64,000 nt of DNA, taken from assembly GCA_025201805.1 (NCBI GenBank), contig MU619376.1, forward strand, positions 1 to 64,000, given 5' to 3'. Within the stretch, counting starts at the first letter, position 1. Every line of letters begins with the position of its first letter. Below are positions 61,576 to 64,000 of this stretch, piece after piece. Source of the stretch: Parasitella parasitica NRRL 2501 (taxonomy: Eukaryota > Fungi > Mucoromycota). A program made the translations under genes and the position numbers. The notes under the pieces are model-generated. The model was not told the origin of the DNA and searched no databases. It worked only from the letters and a program-made list of their open reading frames with translations.

Positions 61576-64000
61576 ATAAGCCATTGCTTCTTTTTACACC
61601 AACATCCATACCCTCCACATGTAAGCATCATTCTCTTACGACATTTCTCACATCACATATATGTGGTCGCTATTGCTCAAAGTGAGCATTGCTTGTCTTT
61701 TTTCTTTTTTCTTTTAGCTCTCTTTATACCGTGTTCTATTTCACATATATGTTAACCCCATAGTACAATACAACATATTTCTTTTAATAAATTATTAGTC
61801 TAGTGAATTATTGCTAATACAGTCCACAAAAGAGCTCTATCTTTTTCTTGATGAGAGCGGCAGTGTTCACAGTCAAAGGATTGAATGGATGCAGCAGTCC
61901 AACGAGCGTGGCAGATACGGTCGCATAGTTGGAGATTCGAAGGTGGCAACAAAAGAGATGATGTTACGTGTCCATGAAGCCAAAGAGCGTCCGGTGGCAA
62001 GATCAAGACCACAAAAGGCTCCTTTTTTTTTTGCCTGAATGGCAATGCCAAACGCCTTGGAAGCGGCATGTCGTAATCAAGTCTCGTTAGCTGGTCTCGC
62101 CAGCATTTTCTTTGACTTTCTGCTGTATGCTTTTGTTGCTGCTACGACACAAATATGTGGTAGTGTCCCTTGTTTTGACGAGCATCCAAAGCGCACCAAG
62201 CTAGATACATTCAACAGTTAGCCCTCTCGTTTTTGTATCAAAAACAGAAATGCACTCAAGGATGGATAATGTATAAAAAAGCTACTCATTGTCAGCATCA
62301 CAATGCTGATCGACGTAAATCGTGTCGGTAGAAGCTGAATCTACACTTGAAAACGCTTTTCTTTCCAAATCATTCGACCAAAAATAAAAATAATAAACTA
62401 GCTGCTAGCATACGAGCCCGAAAATTTGTCGACTGGGTCTTCTTCTTTTCAGGCAAGGTTCTTAACATGCATCTTTAGGACATTATTAAAATTACATAAA
62501 CCTTAGTTGTTGGTCACAACTACATTAATCGATTGACTGGTATCGTGTTATTTGGCGGATGAGTGAAAAGAAGAATGTCTCTCGCTCACTCTGAGGACAT
62601 AGCCTTCCCTTAATATTAGAAAACACTTATCGTCCAGCAGATGAACAGAATTGATTTATTTTGTAAGATTTAACATTGCATTATTTGGGTAAGCCCGCTT
62701 AAATTATCACCGTAGTGAAACGAAGGTCAACATAGTTTTGGAGGGGGGGGGGGCGGATTACAGCTCGTAAAACTTTAAATGTGGAGCAATACGGTCCCAT
62801 CGTTAGATAGCAGCCCAATTTTAGAACAACATTCTGGTGGTGATGATGTGGCATTATCAAACATTTTTTCCTCAAATTTCACTTCTCTACTCCAACTCGT
62901 AGATCATGGTTGTATTACTAGCTCCTATGGCGTCTGTGGCCCTTTGACCACGTTTTCCGAGTCAATGGGTGTGCAGTGTTCTTCCGTTCATCGGCGATGC
63001 GTAATGTGGCGTGTTGCTCAGGCTTGGAACAACTACAATGTTTCGTATTGCTTGAAATGCTTTCTGAATTATTTTAGCTATTACTCACAGTGTTTCTCAT
63101 TTTAGAATCTTCCTGATCAAATCACGCCTTGGGATGTACTGCGTAGTTTCCAACCGTACTTGAAGGTGAAGAACGAGAGCCTACAGTATGTTCGAAACGT
63201 TTTATCAAGATTGCAGTTTAAGATAAACAATATGTATTAGACTAATAGAAGGCTCTGGGATGCAGTGGAATTTTGAATGTGCACGGAGCTCAAGATGCTG
63301 GTTATCGCATGTACCAACGAAACAATTCCAGCTATAACGACCATATTCTCAGCACACAACTAGTATATATATATGGCTTTTTATTTTATATTCAATGTAT
63401 ACCTTTTGATAATAGCTCTTTTTATTTCTTTCATATACCTCAATTCTTTTAAAATCAATTTAATAAATAGGATAATACATCCGTTGGCACAATAGCATCA
63501 TACAGTTCAGGGCCATTTGTGTGCTTTCATTTATTGGGGTAGTACCTGACATGTTTGTTTGAAATAATGACAATTTAATACAAATTTTCTTACTTTATAT
63601 ATATCTCAGATCAACTTATGGCTAAAACAGGAGCAATTTATGCGATTCACCAATCATTTGATCATTTATATGCCAAAAACGATATACTTTATTTTATATA
63701 TACTTCAGAGAGTTTTCAAACAGTCAAACCGACAACATAAAGCTTCCATTGCTTCTTCATAATCAAAGGGGATTTTCCCAATCAATTCGGGCAGTTCTGT
63801 ATTCTTAGCTAATTTTACATATCTATATCCTGTGGAGATATTCACTTGACAGGCAATGCTAGATTCTTTTACGGTCTTTCTACCAATAAAGTAACTGTGT
63901 AAAAGTTTTAATATCTGGTCTTTGCCGTAGTGTTGGTGCTATCGTGTGTATTCATGCAAGAACTCGTTTTTTGATCTGACAGTTTTGTGCGACCAAATTT

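Noticed and set aside
62779-63300. Possible MULE transposase remnant (CVMWRVAQAW)
   Set aside because: Only one degenerate motif, with no DDE residues or TIRs identifiable.

Overview
Eukaryotic, AT-rich fungal DNA with many short GT-AG introns, most consistent with a Mucorales (Mucoromycota) genome. A gene-dense core (about 11-43 kb and 48.5-55 kb) encodes an RMD1/DUF155 protein, a ricin-type lectin, a secreted Gly-rich protein, an LRR receptor-like protein, a C2 protein, tyrosine aminotransferase, a CE4 deacetylase, TRM6, CCT7, an AcpS-type PPTase, a LIM-RhoGAP, a WKNNGNT-type WRKY-like protein, an amidohydrolase, IMP1 and a GST-like protein. Transposon graveyards lie at 1-9 kb (Crypton with nested CACTA and solo LTRs), 43.4-48.5 kb (Helitron pair, LINE tail) and 55.7-64 kb (Tc1/IS630, LINE, degenerate genes). 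The standout features are two intronless, GC-richer endogenised +ssRNA virus segments. (i) The apparent 5' end of a tobamo/virga-like genome (leader plus capping methyltransferase, 252-1062, minus strand) sits between two outward-facing LTR-like termini. (ii) An intact filamentous-virus-type coat protein ORF (46725-47462) is carried inside a Helitron-ended unit with a candidate TATA box. All family calls come from motif recognition, not database searches. Exon boundaries are read by eye.
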